Numbered from the stretch's first letter, positions 52,410 through 62,338 are shown. The stretch: 64,000 nt of DNA from Terricaulis sp. (GCA_047601265.1 JASGJR010000001.1:500802-564801), one strand, 5' to 3'. Numbers and translations are program-made. The notes: generated by a model not told the origin, from the sequence alone.

Positions 52410-53254
52410 CAGCCACGCTTCTCCGCGCGCTTGGCTTCGAGCCAGAGCGCTTCCATGTCGTCCAACGGCTGTGGGCCGGTGCGGCCTTGTTCGGCGAGCT
52501 TTGCCTCGATGTGCTGGAAGCGGCGGGTGAACTTGGCATTGGCGCGGCGGAGCGCCTCCTCGGGATCGACCTTCAGCTTGCGGGCGAGATTGGCGATCAC
52601 GAACAACACGTCGCCCATCTCTTCGGCGATGTGTTCCTCATCTCCGCTGGCTTCCGCTTCCTTCAACTCGGCGAGTTCTTCGTCGAGCTTGGTCAGCACC
52701 TCGTGCGAACTCGGCCAGTCGAAGTTGATGCGCGCGGCGCGCTTGGTGAGCTTCTCAGCGCGCATCAGCGCCGGCAGCGCCATTGCCACGTCGTCGAGCA
52801 GGGAGGTCACGCCCTTGGCGGCGCGCTTCTCCGCCTTGAGGGTCTCCCAAGCGATTGTCTGTTGCGCTGCCGTGCGGCCATCGCCGGCTTCACTGAACAC
52901 GTGCGGATGTCGTTCGATCATCTTGTCGGCGAGCGCCTGCGCGACGTCGGCGAAATCGAAGGCGCCTTGCTCCTCGGCCATGCGCGCGTGGAAGGCCACT
53001 TGGAAGAGGAGGTCGCCAAGTTCTTCCTTGAGCGAGCCTATGTCGTTGCGCGCGATGGCGTCCGCGACCTCGTAGGCTTCCTCGATCGTGTATGGCGCAA
53101 TGGTCGCGAAGGTCTGCTCCACGTCCCACGGGCAGCCATGCTGGCGGTCGCGCAGCTGGGCCATGACGTCGAGCACAGCCTGTGTGGAACGGGCATTGCG
53201 CGCAAGCCGATCGGCGCTCTTTTCTTTCGCCTTTTCATAGACTTGTTCAGGCAT
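52409..53254 (-). CDS. mazG: nucleoside triphosphate pyrophosphohydrolase MazG
   Basis: Tandem MazG domains are present (EEAYEVADAI...ELGDLLFQV; EE.GDVLFVIANLAR). Confidence 0.9.
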   Translation of the reverse strand: MPEQVYEKAKEKSADRLARNARSTQAVLDVMAQLRDRQHGCPWDVEQTFATIAPYTIEEAYEVADAIARNDIGSLKEELGDLLFQVAFHARMAEEQGAFDFADVAQALADKMIERHPHVFSEAGDGRTAAQQTIAWETLKAEKRAAKGVTSLLDDVAMALPALMRAEKLTKRAARINFDWPSSHEVLTKLDEELAELKEAEASGDEEHIAEEMGDVLFVIANLARKLKVDPEEALRRANAKFTRRFQHIEAKLAEQGRTGPQPLDDMEALWLEAKRAEKRG

Positions 53255-53307
53255 CGCGATCTCGCATAAGATAGATTATGGGAAACGATAGATACGACTT
53301 AGACGGG

Positions 53308-53355
53308 CAGATCGGCGGTCCAGCCATCATAGGCTGGCTCGACGCCGGCTGGCAG
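53308..53355. repeat. 48-bp direct repeat, copy A (displaced duplicate of the MBL gene 3' end)
   Basis: 46/48 identical to 53603-53650. The minus-strand reading gives LPAGVEPAYDGWTADLPV then TAA. Confidence 0.9.
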
Positions 53356-53584
53356 GTCGCTCTAATCGCTTCGCCAGCTCTTCAACTTGCCGCAGAAGGT
53401 CTCGCAACTTCTCCATGTCCGGCTTGGGTGGCGCAGCGATCGCAGCCTCTCTGCGAATACGCTCAAGATCGGGGTCTGCAATCGCCAAAGATTCGAAGTC
53501 GTCCCAGTCCCATTGTCCGCCGGTGCCTTCGATGAAGTCACGGAGTATGAGCGCAACTTCCGCGGCCGTTCGTTTCACCGGCAT
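53327..53584 (-). CDS. hypothetical 85-aa protein carried between the 48-bp direct repeats
   Basis: Sequence MPVKRTAAEVALILRDFIEGTGGQWDWDDFESLAIADPDLERIRREAA... The ATG lies 9 nt after the MBL stop, and the stop falls inside repeat copy A. Confidence 0.45.
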   Translation of the reverse strand: MPVKRTAAEVALILRDFIEGTGGQWDWDDFESLAIADPDLERIRREAAIAAPPKPDMEKLRDLLRQVEELAKRLERPASRRRASL

Positions 53585-53593
53585 CTTGTGATT

Positions 53594-54409
53594 TCAAACC
53601 TCCAGATCGGCTGCCCAGCCATCATAGGCTGGCTCGACGCCGGCTGGCAGCCTCACCTGTAGCGCCCGGTAGTCCAGGTCGATGTGCATGTTGGTCAGCA
53701 CGCTGCGCTTGGGTTGGAGTCGTTTGATCCAGCCGAGCGCCTGATCGACGCTGGCGTGCGTGGGATGCGGGCGGTCGCGCAGCGCGTCGACGATGAAGAG
53801 GTCGAGGTTGGCGAGCGCAGCGAGGCTGACTTCAGGCATGTCGACGAGGTCGTTGCTGTAGCCCAGAGGCCCGACGCGAAAACCGAGCGAGCGCGAGAAG
53901 CCGTGGTCCTGATCGAGCGGCGTGATCTCGAGTGGCCCGCCGGGACCGGCGATGGTGATGGGTACGAGCGGCGTCAGGTGCGCGGCGCGATGCGCGATGG
54001 CGGGATAACCCGGCCCTGCTTCGAACGCGTAGCCGAAGCGGCGCATGAAGGTCTCGGCTGTGCTGTCGTTGAGCAGCACCGGGATCTGCGCACGCTGGCG
54101 CAAGAAGAAAGCGCGGATGTCGTCAAAGCCGTTGGTCTGATCGGCGTGATCATGGCTGATGAGCACCGCGTCGAGGCGACCGCAGCGCGCGGCGGCGAGC
54201 TGCTGGCGGACTTCGGGCGGCGTATCGATCAATACGGTGGTCGCCTGCGCTGGTTCGCCTGGCGCGCCGCTCCAGCGTTGCAGCAACAGTCCGCAGCGCG
54301 TGCGGCGGTTCTTGGGTTCGTTGGGATCGCAGACGCCCCAATCACCGTCGGCGCGCGGGACGCCGCCGGATGAGCCGCAGCCGAGTACGGTGACGCGCAG
54401 CGTAGCCAT
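53594..54409 (-). CDS. MBL-fold metallo-hydrolase (PhnP/GPDE-like)
   Basis: Motifs VLGCGSSGGVPR and ISHDHADQTNG are present. ATG 54409 overlaps the tatD stop. Confidence 0.8.
   Translation of the reverse strand: MATLRVTVLGCGSSGGVPRADGDWGVCDPNEPKNRRTRCGLLLQRWSGAPGEPAQATTVLIDTPPEVRQQLAAARCGRLDAVLISHDHADQTNGFDDIRAFFLRQRAQIPVLLNDSTAETFMRRFGYAFEAGPGYPAIAHRAAHLTPLVPITIAGPGGPLEITPLDQDHGFSRSLGFRVGPLGYSNDLVDMPEVSLAALANLDLFIVDALRDRPHPTHASVDQALGWIKRLQPKRSVLTNMHIDLDYRALQVRLPAGVEPAYDGWAADLEV
53603..53650. repeat. 48-bp direct repeat, copy B (functional 3' end of the MBL gene)
   Basis: Encodes LPAGVEPAYDGWAADL of the 272-aa MBL protein. Confidence 0.9.
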
Positions 54410-55197
54410 CAAGTGGGCCGCGGAATGGTTGGGAAGAGGCGGAAGAAGTTGTCGGCGAGCAGGGCGCTACACTTCGCTTCGCTTAAGCCGCGCAGTTGCG
54501 CGAAGGCCCCCTGCACTTGCGCCACGTGCATCGGTTCACAGCGCTGGCCGCGAAACGGGACAGGGGTCAGATAGGGACAATCGGTCTCAACGATGATGCG
54601 ATCGAGCGGCGTTTCGCTGGCGATGGTGCGGACATCGTTGCCGTTCTTGAAAGTCATGATGCCGGAGAACGAGATGTAGGCGCCGAGCGCGAGTGCACGT
54701 CGCGCGAGTTCGGCGCCAGACGTGTAGCAATGCATGAGAATGCGAAGAGGACCCTTCCCCGCCTCTTCCTCCAACAGCTCCGCCATCTCGTCGTCGGCTT
54801 CGCGCGTGTGGATGATTAGCGTTTTGTCGAGCGCGCGCGCAGCGGCGGCGTGGGCGCGAAAAACTTTGATCTGATCTTCGGCGGGGCTGAAATTGTAGTG
54901 GCGATCGAGGCCGGTTTCGCCAACGCCCACCACCTTCTTGTGCCTGCCCAGTTCGATCAGCTTCTCGGCGGTGAGATCGAGGTGATCCTTGGCGTAGTGC
55001 GGATGCGCGCCGACGCTGCAGTAAATGTCGTCATGCGCTTGAGCAATGGCGCTGACTTGGCCGAGGTTCTCGATCTTGTCGCAGATTGTGATCATGCGCG
55101 CGACGCCGGCGTCACGCGCGCGGGTGATGACGGCGTCGCGATCGGCATCGAACAGGTGGTGATGGAGATTAACGTGGCTGTCGATGAGCAGGGTCAT
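54409..55197 (-). CDS. tatD: TatD family metal-dependent hydrolase
   Basis: MTLLIDSHVNLHH...GETGLD...IHTR...ETDCPYL. ATGA overlap with holB. Confidence 0.9.
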   Translation of the reverse strand: MTLLIDSHVNLHHHLFDADRDAVITRARDAGVARMITICDKIENLGQVSAIAQAHDDIYCSVGAHPHYAKDHLDLTAEKLIELGRHKKVVGVGETGLDRHYNFSPAEDQIKVFRAHAAAARALDKTLIIHTREADDEMAELLEEEAGKGPLRILMHCYTSGAELARRALALGAYISFSGIMTFKNGNDVRTIASETPLDRIIVETDCPYLTPVPFRGQRCEPMHVAQVQGAFAQLRGLSEAKCSALLADNFFRLFPTIPRPT

Positions 55198-56195
55198 CGG
55201 CGCGCGCTCGCGGCGCGCTCGACGATGCTGACAGCGCGCGCCAAAGCGTGACGCGGATCCATGTCGAGATCTTCGGCTTCGATGCGCAGTTGTTCGAGCG
55301 CGGACCAGGCGTCCGCCCACGTCTCGGCCCCCTGCTCGACCCCCGCTGCACGCACCCACTCTTCCGTGAGTTCGAGCACCGCGGCGAGCTTCTCGAAGGG
55401 TTCGCCGCTCAGCTGATCGTAGAGACTTTGCAGCACGGCGCGGCCTTCGCCGCGCGCAATTTGTTCGGTCGCGTGCGCGATCTTGGCGCTCACGACGTCC
55501 GCGCCTTGCGCTTGCCAAGCGATGGCGCGGCCCGGGCGGCCTTTGGCGAGCTTGACGATACTTTCGTTGACGTCGCTGCCGACGGCTTGACGCATCTCCG
55601 TGTCCGACAGCGTGCGCAGCGGCAAGCGGCGGCAGCGGGAGCGGATCGTGGGCAACAAAGCTCCGGGTGCATTGCAGACAAGAATGATGGCTGAGCGCGC
55701 CGGTGGCTCTTCTAGTGTTTTGAGGATCGCGTTGGCGGCGTTGCGGTTCATATCATCGACGGCGTCGATAATAGCGATGCGCATGCCGCCTTGGCTGGGT
55801 GCGAGCGAGAAGAAATGGCCAAGCTCGCGCGCTTCGTCGACGGAGATTTCGCGGCGGGGCCGGCCGCGGTCGTTGAGGCCGCGGCGCAAAATGAAGAGAT
55901 CGGGATGCGCTTGCGCGGCGATCTTACGCGCGATCGGGTCTTCAGAATCGACCTGCAGAGCACGCGCGCCGCTGGTTTGCGCGCCAAGCGCGACACGCGC
56001 GAGGCGATACGCGAGCGTGGCTTTGCCGAGACCTTTGGGACCGGTGACCATCCAGGCGTGATGCATGCGCCCACCGCGCAACGCGTCGGCGAGCATCGCT
56101 TCTTCAGCATCGTTGCCGACATAGCTGTAAGTGTCGCGCGGATGTGGAGTGTTCGGCTCCTTGTCCGTCTCGGGCGCAGCTTTCTCGGCGGCCAT
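55194..56195 (-). CDS. holB: DNA polymerase III delta' subunit
   Basis: HAWMVTGPKGLGKATLAYRLA...AIIDAVDDMN...ANAILKTLEEPP. Confidence 0.85.
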   Translation of the reverse strand: MAAEKAAPETDKEPNTPHPRDTYSYVGNDAEEAMLADALRGGRMHHAWMVTGPKGLGKATLAYRLARVALGAQTSGARALQVDSEDPIARKIAAQAHPDLFILRRGLNDRGRPRREISVDEARELGHFFSLAPSQGGMRIAIIDAVDDMNRNAANAILKTLEEPPARSAIILVCNAPGALLPTIRSRCRRLPLRTLSDTEMRQAVGSDVNESIVKLAKGRPGRAIAWQAQGADVVSAKIAHATEQIARGEGRAVLQSLYDQLSGEPFEKLAAVLELTEEWVRAAGVEQGAETWADAWSALEQLRIEAEDLDMDPRHALARAVSIVERAASARR

Positions 56196-56809
56196 CAGAG
56201 GCGCGCCTTGATGGCGGCCAGCGCCGCAGCAAGCACCGATTCAGGCGATTGAGCGGCGTCGACCACGACACAGCGTTGCGGTTCGCGCGCGGCGATGGCG
56301 CGGAATTCATCGCGCACTCGGGCGTGAAAGCCGGCGCCTTTGCGTTCAAAACGATCTTCGCCAACATGGGCGCCACACGAACGCGCAAGGCCAAGGTCGG
56401 CGTCAAGGTCGAGCATGAGAGTGAGATCTGGCGCCGGCGCTTCGATCAGCTCCGTCAGCTGATCGAGCACCGCCGGAGACAAACCGCCGGCGGCGACCTG
56501 ATAGGCGCGCGTGGAGTCGTAGTAGCGGTCGCAGATCACCCAGGCGCCGCGCGCCAATGCGGGCAGGATCGTTTGCTGCAGATGATTGCGCCGTGCGGTG
56601 GCGAACAGAAGCGCTTCTTCCAAAGCGCTCCAGCGGTTGGCGTCACCTTGTACGAGAAGCGCGCGGATGGCGTCCGCGCCCGCCGAACCGCCGGGTTCGC
56701 GCGTCAGGACAATTTCGTGGTCCTTCAGCGCTTCGGACAAACTTCGGGCGAGCGTGGACTTACCGGTGCCTTCGCCGCCTTCGAGGGTGATGAAACGGCC
56801 GTGAGCCAT
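56195..56809 (-). CDS. tmk: thymidylate kinase
   Basis: Starts MAHGRFITLEGGEGTGKST, with TREPGG and DRYYDST motifs. ATG 56809 is preferred. Confidence 0.9.
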   Translation of the reverse strand: MAHGRFITLEGGEGTGKSTLARSLSEALKDHEIVLTREPGGSAGADAIRALLVQGDANRWSALEEALLFATARRNHLQQTILPALARGAWVICDRYYDSTRAYQVAAGGLSPAVLDQLTELIEAPAPDLTLMLDLDADLGLARSCGAHVGEDRFERKGAGFHARVRDEFRAIAAREPQRCVVVDAAQSPESVLAAALAAIKARL

Positions 56810-56814
56810 AAGGC

Positions 56815-58032
56815 TCAATGACCGCCTGACAGCGTCAAACGCAAGCCTTCTGCGGCGCGAGAGAACCAATTGGCGCGGCCAATATCAGCGCCGGCGGCCA
56901 GCGGGTACTCGCGCGGCGGAAATCCGGGGGGACCATCAACCACGAGGTGGGCCACGATAGCCCCCTTCTTGATCGGCGCCGAAAGAGGGCCGTCGTAGCG
57001 GATGTGAGCGTGCAGGGCGTTCAACGTACTTCGCGAGCCGCCAATGGCGAGCAGGCTGGGCGCGACCAGCGGAACGGTCTTCCGCGAGCCCATATAGACC
57101 TCCGCTTCACCGACTTGCTGGTTCGCGGCAGCCAGGTGACGCACGTCGTAGTCATTGAAGGCCGCCGTCATCAGGCGCACGCCTTCGCTGCGCCGTTCGG
57201 CCATCGAGTTGGCGCCATTGAACACAATGATACGGCGGTGGCCGGCGCGCACGGCTGATCCGACAAGGCTGTAGCCCGCCTCGTCCGTATGCCCCGTCTT
57301 CACGCCATCAGCGCCATCGAACGCGCCGAACAGTGGATTGCGATTTTCCTGGGTGTGCGTGCCGTACGTGAACGTGCGCTCCGAATACAATCGATAGAGC
57401 TCGGGGTGGCGCGCGATCAGATAGCGGGCGAGGCTGGCGAGATCGGCGGTGCTGATGACATGTTGCGGATCCGGCAGACCGGTGACGTTGGTGAAGTGCG
57501 CACTGGTCAAGCCAAGCTCGCGCGCGCGCTTGTTCATCTGATCGACGAACGCCGCTTCCGAACCGTACAGTCCCTCTGCCAAGGTGATGCACGCATCATT
57601 CGCGGAAACGACAATCACGCCGCTGATCAGATCGCGCACCGACACATCGGAGTTCAATTCCAGAAACATGTGCGAGCCATCGGACATGGCGCCGTGACGC
57701 CACGCGTTCTCGCTGACGTGATAGCGCGTATCCATGGTGATGCGATGCGAGAGCAGAGCCTCGCCAACGACGAGCGCGGTCATCAGCTTAGACATCGACG
57801 CAGGCTCGATCGGCGTATGGCAATCGTCGCAATAGAGCAGCAAACCGGTGTCGCCATCCATGATAGTGACGTGTTTGGCGCCGGGCGGGCGTGCGGGCTG
57901 CGCTGGCGTTGCGGCGTGATGCGAAACCGCGGGACGGCGCGCGCGCGATCTGCGGGCAGCGTCAGCATCGCCTGCCACGGCGACGATCAACAGGGCGATT
58001 GTGAATGCGCTCAGGGCGCGCCGAAGGGTCAT
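56815..58032 (-). CDS. D-alanyl-D-alanine carboxypeptidase (peptidase S11, PBP5/6-like)
   Basis: A signal peptide is present, along with the SMSK (SxxK), SAND (SxN) and KTGHT (KTG) motifs. Confidence 0.85.
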   Translation of the reverse strand: MTLRRALSAFTIALLIVAVAGDADAARRSRARRPAVSHHAATPAQPARPPGAKHVTIMDGDTGLLLYCDDCHTPIEPASMSKLMTALVVGEALLSHRITMDTRYHVSENAWRHGAMSDGSHMFLELNSDVSVRDLISGVIVVSANDACITLAEGLYGSEAAFVDQMNKRARELGLTSAHFTNVTGLPDPQHVISTADLASLARYLIARHPELYRLYSERTFTYGTHTQENRNPLFGAFDGADGVKTGHTDEAGYSLVGSAVRAGHRRIIVFNGANSMAERRSEGVRLMTAAFNDYDVRHLAAANQQVGEAEVYMGSRKTVPLVAPSLLAIGGSRSTLNALHAHIRYDGPLSAPIKKGAIVAHLVVDGPPGFPPREYPLAAGADIGRANWFSRAAEGLRLTLSGGH

Positions 58033-58110
58033 TTGTCCGCCGAATCGAATGAGCACACGCGCAGTTTAAGCGAACCGCCGCGTCTGGAATGCGTCAACAA
58101 ACCGCCCGCC

Positions 58111-59268
58111 TTACGGCGCGGCGACGACGCTCTGAGCATAGCCCATCGAGGCAAGAGATTGGCGGGCGGATTCAGCCTCTTCCCGGCTCTGCCACGGTCC
58201 GAGACGAACGCGGAAAAGTTCCATGCCCGAAGCGTTGCGGCGCGTGTCAAGGACAACATTGCCGGCCGACGCCACCGCATCGCGGACGCGGTGGGCGTTA
58301 TCCACATCCGAGAACGCACCCACTTGCACGAAATAAGCGCCCGCTGAGGCCGCGGCCGGAGCGCCAGCCAATTCGGCGCGGTCAGCTATTGGTTGCAGGG
58401 TGGCTTGCGGCTCGACCGGCGGCGGAGCGAGCGCCACGGGGCCTTCGGCGTTTTGCGCGGCGGCGGGGGCAGGCGCCCCCTGCTCCGGATACGCGACGGT
58501 TTCGGGAGCGGGCATTGTTTGAGCAGGCGCTTCGCGCGGCGCCAACGAACCGTCCGCATTCACGCGGCGCGGCGCCGGGCCGAGATAACGCACATTCACG
58601 CGCGCTGTGCCGGTGCTGTCGTAGCCGAGCACTTGGGCTGCGGCATGTGAAAGGTCGATCACGCGATCGCCGACGAACGGGCCGCGGTCGGTCACGCGCA
58701 CGATCACTTCGCGGCCGTTGGCAAGATTGGTGACTTGTACAAGGCTGTTGAGCGGCAGCGTCGGATGCGCAGCGGTCATCGCCTCTTGGTCATAGACTTC
58801 GCCATTGGCGCCGCGTTGACCGTGAAAGTTCGGGCCGTACCACGAGGCAACGCCATTGACGCTGTAACCGGGTTCCGGCGTCGGCACATACCAGCGGCCA
58901 TTGGCTTGGTAGGGCTGCCCAACGCGTTCGGTCTCAAGCCAAGAAGGGCGCCCCTGCCCGCCGACCGGCTGCGATTGCATCGCGGGGGCTGCGGCTTGCG
59001 GGTTGTCGTGTTGGACGGCGGTGGCGGCAGTCGGCCGCCGCAGGTCGATCACCGCGCCGCCTTGTTGACGTTGTGCGCCGTAGCCGTACGAGCGCGCATC
59101 GCCGCCAACCAAAGCGCCATCGCCCGGCGAAACTTGCGGATGATAGACCTCGCCGATCGCATTCGCGGCGTATTGAATTGGCGCGGGTTCGGCTGACGCG
59201 GCGCCAGCGCTCCAGATCAGCGCGATGCACGTCACGAACAGAATACGCGGCAGAGTGAAAGTCTTCAC
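58111..59268 (-). CDS. rlpA: septal ring lytic transglycosylase RlpA family protein (DPBB + SPOR)
   Basis: A signal peptide, a DPBB core (ASWYGPNFHGQRGANGEVYD...VRVTDRGPF) and a C-terminal SPOR-like domain (YFVQVGAF...FRVRLGPW) are present. GTG start. Confidence 0.85.
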   Translation of the reverse strand: MKTFTLPRILFVTCIALIWSAGAASAEPAPIQYAANAIGEVYHPQVSPGDGALVGGDARSYGYGAQRQQGGAVIDLRRPTAATAVQHDNPQAAAPAMQSQPVGGQGRPSWLETERVGQPYQANGRWYVPTPEPGYSVNGVASWYGPNFHGQRGANGEVYDQEAMTAAHPTLPLNSLVQVTNLANGREVIVRVTDRGPFVGDRVIDLSHAAAQVLGYDSTGTARVNVRYLGPAPRRVNADGSLAPREAPAQTMPAPETVAYPEQGAPAPAAAQNAEGPVALAPPPVEPQATLQPIADRAELAGAPAAASAGAYFVQVGAFSDVDNAHRVRDAVASAGNVVLDTRRNASGMELFRVRLGPWQSREEAESARQSLASMGYAQSVVAAP

Positions 59269-59393
59269 GAAGAGGCCCCACGTCGTCGGTAGAGCCTGTC
59301 CATTTACACGACGCGCGTTGAAGCCGCGTAAGCTTTTATCGTTTTTTCAGGTTCACCATTAGCGCGCGTTAGGGATTTGCGACGGCGTTTTGG

Positions 59394-59483
59394 TGGCGGA
59401 GGGAGTGGGATTCGAACCCACGGTGGACTTGCATCCACGCCGGTTTTCAAGACCGGTGCCATAAACCACTCGACCATCCCTCC
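59394..59483 (-). tRNA. tRNA-Ser (anticodon UGA)
   Basis: 90 nt with GGAGGGA/TCCCTCC acceptor stem and anticodon arm CCGGT-CTTGAAA-ACCGG. It has a long variable arm, the T-loop GGTTCGAATCC and an encoded CCA. Confidence 0.9.
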
Positions 59484-59546
59484 AGAAGACAGGGCGGGTA
59501 TCAGCGCGGACGCTTCGCCGCAATGGGAAACCCGCGACTGCGGCGC

Positions 59547-60194
59547 CTAGCGTAGCGCTGAAACGAAGGCCCCTTCGGTTTTGGCGTTGATCTCGTCGAG
59601 GGTTACGCCGTCGGCGAGTTCTAGGAGTTTCATCGGCGCTGCGCCGTGCTTGTCGATTTCAAACACACCGAGATCGGTGATAGCAAGATCGACCACATTC
59701 ACGCCAGTGAGCGGCAGCGAGCATTTTTTGAGAAGCTTGGAGGCGCCGTCCTTGGAGGTGTGCTCCATGACGACTACGACCTTCTTCACGCCGGCGACGA
59801 GGTCCATGGCGCCGCCCATGCCCTTGACCATCTTGCCGGGCACCATCCAGTTGGCGAGGTCGCCACGTTCGGAGACTTCCATGGCGCCGAGGATGGAAAG
59901 ATCGATGTGGCCGCCGCGGATCATCGCGAAGGAATCCGCTGACGAGAAATACGAAGTCTTCGGAAGCGCGGTGATGGTTTGTTTGCCGGCGTTGATGAGG
60001 TCGGGATCTTCGTCGCCGGAAAACGGAAACGGACCCATGCCGAGCATGCCGTTTTCCGACTGCAGCGTCACTTCCACGCCCTGCGGAATATAGTTCGCCA
60101 CCAGCGTCGGAATGCCGATGCCGAGATTGACGTAGTAGCCGTCGCGCAACTCTTTGGCGGCGCGTTGCGCAAGTTGATCACGGGACCACGGCAT
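59547..60194 (-). CDS. scoB: 3-oxoacid CoA-transferase subunit B
   Basis: [12 protein letters not shown] (active-site Glu region) and GAMDL are present. Confidence 0.9.
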   Translation of the reverse strand: MPWSRDQLAQRAAKELRDGYYVNLGIGIPTLVANYIPQGVEVTLQSENGMLGMGPFPFSGDEDPDLINAGKQTITALPKTSYFSSADSFAMIRGGHIDLSILGAMEVSERGDLANWMVPGKMVKGMGGAMDLVAGVKKVVVVMEHTSKDGASKLLKKCSLPLTGVNVVDLAITDLGVFEIDKHGAAPMKLLELADGVTLDEINAKTEGAFVSALR

Positions 60195-60901
60195 TATGCA
60201 TTCTCCCGCGTGCGCACCGTGCGTTGCTCGATGCGTTTTTCGAAGCTGCCTTTGACGATGCGATCGACGAAAATGCCGGGCGTGTGAATCTCGTCAGGAT
60301 CGAGTTCGCCGGTTTCGACCAGGATCTCGACTTCAGCGACGCACTTCTTTCCAGCGGTCGCCATCATCGGATTAAAATTACGCGCGGTCTTGCGGAAGAC
60401 GAGGTTGCCTTCCTTGTCGCCCTTCCAGGCTTTGACAATGGAGAGATCGGCGACAAGGCCAGTTTCGAGCACGAAGGTTTCGCCGTTGAAGACCTTCGTT
60501 TCTTTGCCGTCCGCAACCAAAGTGCCGACGCCAGTCTTGGTGTAGAAACCTGCGATGCCTGCGCCGCCCGCGCGGCAGCGTTCGGCCAAGGTGCCTTGCG
60601 GATTGAATTCGAGCGCCAGCTCGCCGGCGAGATACTGGCGGGCGAACTCCTTGTTCTCACCGACATAGGACGAAATCATCTTTTTGATCTGCTTGCTCTC
60701 CAGCAGGAGACCCAGGCCCCAGCCATCGACGCCGGCATTGTTGGAGATCACGGTAATCCCCCGCACGCCGCTGTCGCGCAGGGCGATGATCAAGTTTTCC
60801 GGAATACCGCAGAGGCCGAAGCCACCGCTCATTACCGTCATGCCGTCGTGGGTGAACCCTTCGAGCGCCGACTTTGCGTCGGCATAGACTTTATTCGCCA
60901 T
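60194..60901 (-). CDS. scoA: 3-oxoacid CoA-transferase subunit A
   Basis: Starts MANKVY, with [11 protein letters not shown] and SYVGEN motifs. ATG 60901 is preferred. Confidence 0.9.
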   Translation of the reverse strand: MANKVYADAKSALEGFTHDGMTVMSGGFGLCGIPENLIIALRDSGVRGITVISNNAGVDGWGLGLLLESKQIKKMISSYVGENKEFARQYLAGELALEFNPQGTLAERCRAGGAGIAGFYTKTGVGTLVADGKETKVFNGETFVLETGLVADLSIVKAWKGDKEGNLVFRKTARNFNPMMATAGKKCVAEVEILVETGELDPDEIHTPGIFVDRIVKGSFEKRIEQRTVRTRENA

Positions 60902-60994
60902 GGAAAACGCCTCTGGGCGCACGTGTTACGTAGGGTCGCGCTGCGGCGCAACATTCCGGGGCGGAAATACATAATGGCTTGCTCAGAACAGATT

Positions 60995-61023
60995 GCGCCA
61001 GCCGCTGAGCCGGCGGCTGGCGC
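60995..61023. other. GC-rich hairpin GCGCCAGCCGC-tgagccg-GCGGCTGGCGC
   Basis: 11-bp perfect stem in the spacer between the CoA-transferase gene and scoA. It is a possible terminator for the upstream minus-strand gene. Confidence 0.4.
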
Positions 61024-61099
61024 TCTGTTTCGCACCCGGAATTGGGAGCGAGAACTTGGCCCCGGTACGAGCGAGGGACGAAAATCGCCCAGGACCGAG

Positions 61100-61149
61100 G
61101 ATGATTAAAGTGCATGGCGATTGAACCCGGCATGAACGCTTTAATCATC
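61100..61149. repeat. AT-rich 11-bp perfect inverted repeat GATGATTAAAG-N28-CTTTAATCATC
   Basis: It ends 10 nt from the stop of the family III CoA-transferase gene and sits ~200 nt upstream of scoA. Confidence 0.35.
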
Positions 61150-61159
61150 TCGAAAAATG

Positions 61160-62248
61160 TCAGCCGCCCCAGCTGGCCAGGATTTCCTTGGGGTCGGAGG
61201 CGGCTTGCGGCGGCCCACCCTGAACGGCGCCGGGCGTGCGAGAAAAGCGCGGCGCCGCGTTGGGCTGAACCACGCCATCGATTTCGACGAAAGTAGCGCG
61301 CGCCGCGTTGTGAGGATGCTTGGGCGCTTCGCCCATGGTGAGCACTGGGGCAAAGCACACGTCAGTGCCTTCCATCAGCGCGGTCCATTCATCGCGGGTT
61401 TTAGTCTTGATGACGGCGGCGAGCTTATCGGCAAGGGCCGGCCACTCGGGCTTCACCATTTGCGCGGCGAACGCGGGATCGTCCTTCAGGCCGGTCTTCT
61501 CCATCAGCAGCGCATAGAATTGCGGCTCGATCGAACCGATGGAGACAAACTTGCCGTCCTTGGTCTCGTAGGTGTCGTAGAAGTGGGCGCCGCCGTCGAG
61601 CATGTTGGCGTCGCGGTCATCAGTCCAAATCTGCGAGGCGCGCATGCCGTACATCATCGCCATCAACGAGGCGACGCCGTCAGTGATGGCGGCGTCAATG
61701 ACCTGGCCCTTGCCCGAACGCTGCGCTTCGAAGAGCGCGGCGCAAATGCCCATCGCCAAGTAGAGCGCGCCGCCGCCGAAATCGCCGACGAGATTGAGCG
61801 GCGGCGCAGGCGGGCGATCAGCCTTGCCCATCGCGTGCAAGGCGCCTGTGATCGAGATGTAGTTGATGTCGTGACCCGCCGCTTGCGCGAGCGGACCGGT
61901 TTGGCCCCAACCCGTCATGCGCCCATAGATGAGCTTCGGATTGCGCGCGAGCGCGACGTCAGGGCCAAGGCCGAGGCGCTCCATCACACCGGGACGGAAA
62001 CCTTCGACGAGCACGTCGGCTTTCTCGATGAGACTTAGCGCGGTCGCCACGTCTTCGGGCTGCTTCATGTCGAGGCCCACGGAGCGGCGTCCGCGTGCGC
62101 CAATGTCCTTGCCGAAACTGCGCGCGTTCTTGCGGTCAATGCGGACCACGTCAGCGCCCATGTCGGACAGCAACATCGTGCAGAACGGTCCAGGACCGAT
62201 CCCCGCAAACTCGACCACCTTCACACCGTTTAAAGGACCCTGGGCCAT
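61160..62248 (-). CDS. CoA-transferase family III (CaiB/BaiF; alpha-methylacyl-CoA racemase-like)
   Basis: [36 protein letters not shown] is the typical N-terminus. Confidence 0.85.
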   Translation of the reverse strand: MAQGPLNGVKVVEFAGIGPGPFCTMLLSDMGADVVRIDRKNARSFGKDIGARGRRSVGLDMKQPEDVATALSLIEKADVLVEGFRPGVMERLGLGPDVALARNPKLIYGRMTGWGQTGPLAQAAGHDINYISITGALHAMGKADRPPAPPLNLVGDFGGGALYLAMGICAALFEAQRSGKGQVIDAAITDGVASLMAMMYGMRASQIWTDDRDANMLDGGAHFYDTYETKDGKFVSIGSIEPQFYALLMEKTGLKDDPAFAAQMVKPEWPALADKLAAVIKTKTRDEWTALMEGTDVCFAPVLTMGEAPKHPHNAARATFVEIDGVVQPNAAPRFSRTPGAVQGGPPQAASDPKEILASWGG

Positions 62249-62338
62249 GCTCTGCCTCGTTTACCTTGTGCGTTTGTTTCGTGGCCCGACTGAGCCATAA
62301 GTTCAACAGACGCCGCCAGGGCGCCGGAGCGTTAAGTC

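Noticed and set aside
59269-59546. The flanks of tRNA-Ser(UGA) as a possible integration site for a genomic island.
   Set aside because: There is no integrase, no repeat of the tRNA 3' end and no compositional shift on either side. The neighbours are rlpA and scoAB core genes.
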